A stretch of DNA of 53,047 nt from the IMG/VR virus record IMGVR_UViG_3300042922_000549, positions 1 through 53,047 of that record. One strand, given 5' to 3'. Below the pieces are notes generated by a model. It saw only the letters and a program-made list of their open reading frames with translations, ran no database searches and was not told the origin of the DNA. The position numbers were made by a program, and so were the translations under genes. Within the stretch, counting starts at the first letter, position 1; each line of letters begins with the position of its first letter. Shown piece by piece: positions 52,960 to 53,047 of this stretch. Source of the stretch: a virus. Its lineage: Duplodnaviria; Caudoviricetes.

Positions 52960-53047
52960 TTAATTACCTCCGTAAGTTTATTTGTTGTATAATACTTCTA
53001 AAGGCCGTTGGCCTTATATTTATAAGGGAAGGAATATTTATTGTTTA
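52921..53047. repeat. 127-bp direct repeat, identical to 1..127
   Basis: Exact identity. Confidence 0.95.

Noticed and set aside
52921-53047. Biological terminal direct repeat
   Set aside because: Exactly 127 bp and cuts through the NADAR gene start; best explained as assembler k-mer overlap of a circular contig

Overview
This looks like a complete, circularly assembled tailed-phage genome of about 52.9 kb. Bases 1-127 are repeated exactly at 52921-53047. It is low in GC and siphovirus-like, and the host is probably a Clostridia/Bacillota bacterium (strong GGAGG ribosome-binding sites, sigmaA-type promoters, an SLH domain). Every credible gene is on the minus strand. In transcription order (high to low coordinates) the modules are: early genes and a ~510-nt ORF-free structured-RNA region with two tRNA-like elements; packaging and head genes (terminase, portal, MuF fused to an ADP-ribosyltransferase, scaffold, capsid); tail genes; lysis genes (S8-SLH protease, holins, M23 endolysin); a VirB4/VirD4-like ATPase plus membrane-protein cassette; replication genes (primase, SSB, DnaE, RecA, nucleases); and accessory genes. 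The main highlight is a T4-like cytosine hypermodification pathway wedged between SSB and DnaE: a dCMP-specific thymidylate-synthase homolog, a beta-glucosyltransferase-like enzyme, a dNMP kinase and a dCTPase candidate, with an FkbM methyltransferase elsewhere. Other highlights are a pseudoknotted type II hammerhead ribozyme at 9116-9187 and a predicted +1 frameshift at TCC-TTT-CGT in the tail chaperone gene. I recognised no integrase, repressor or replicative helicase. All protein calls come from motif recognition by eye; no database searches were run.
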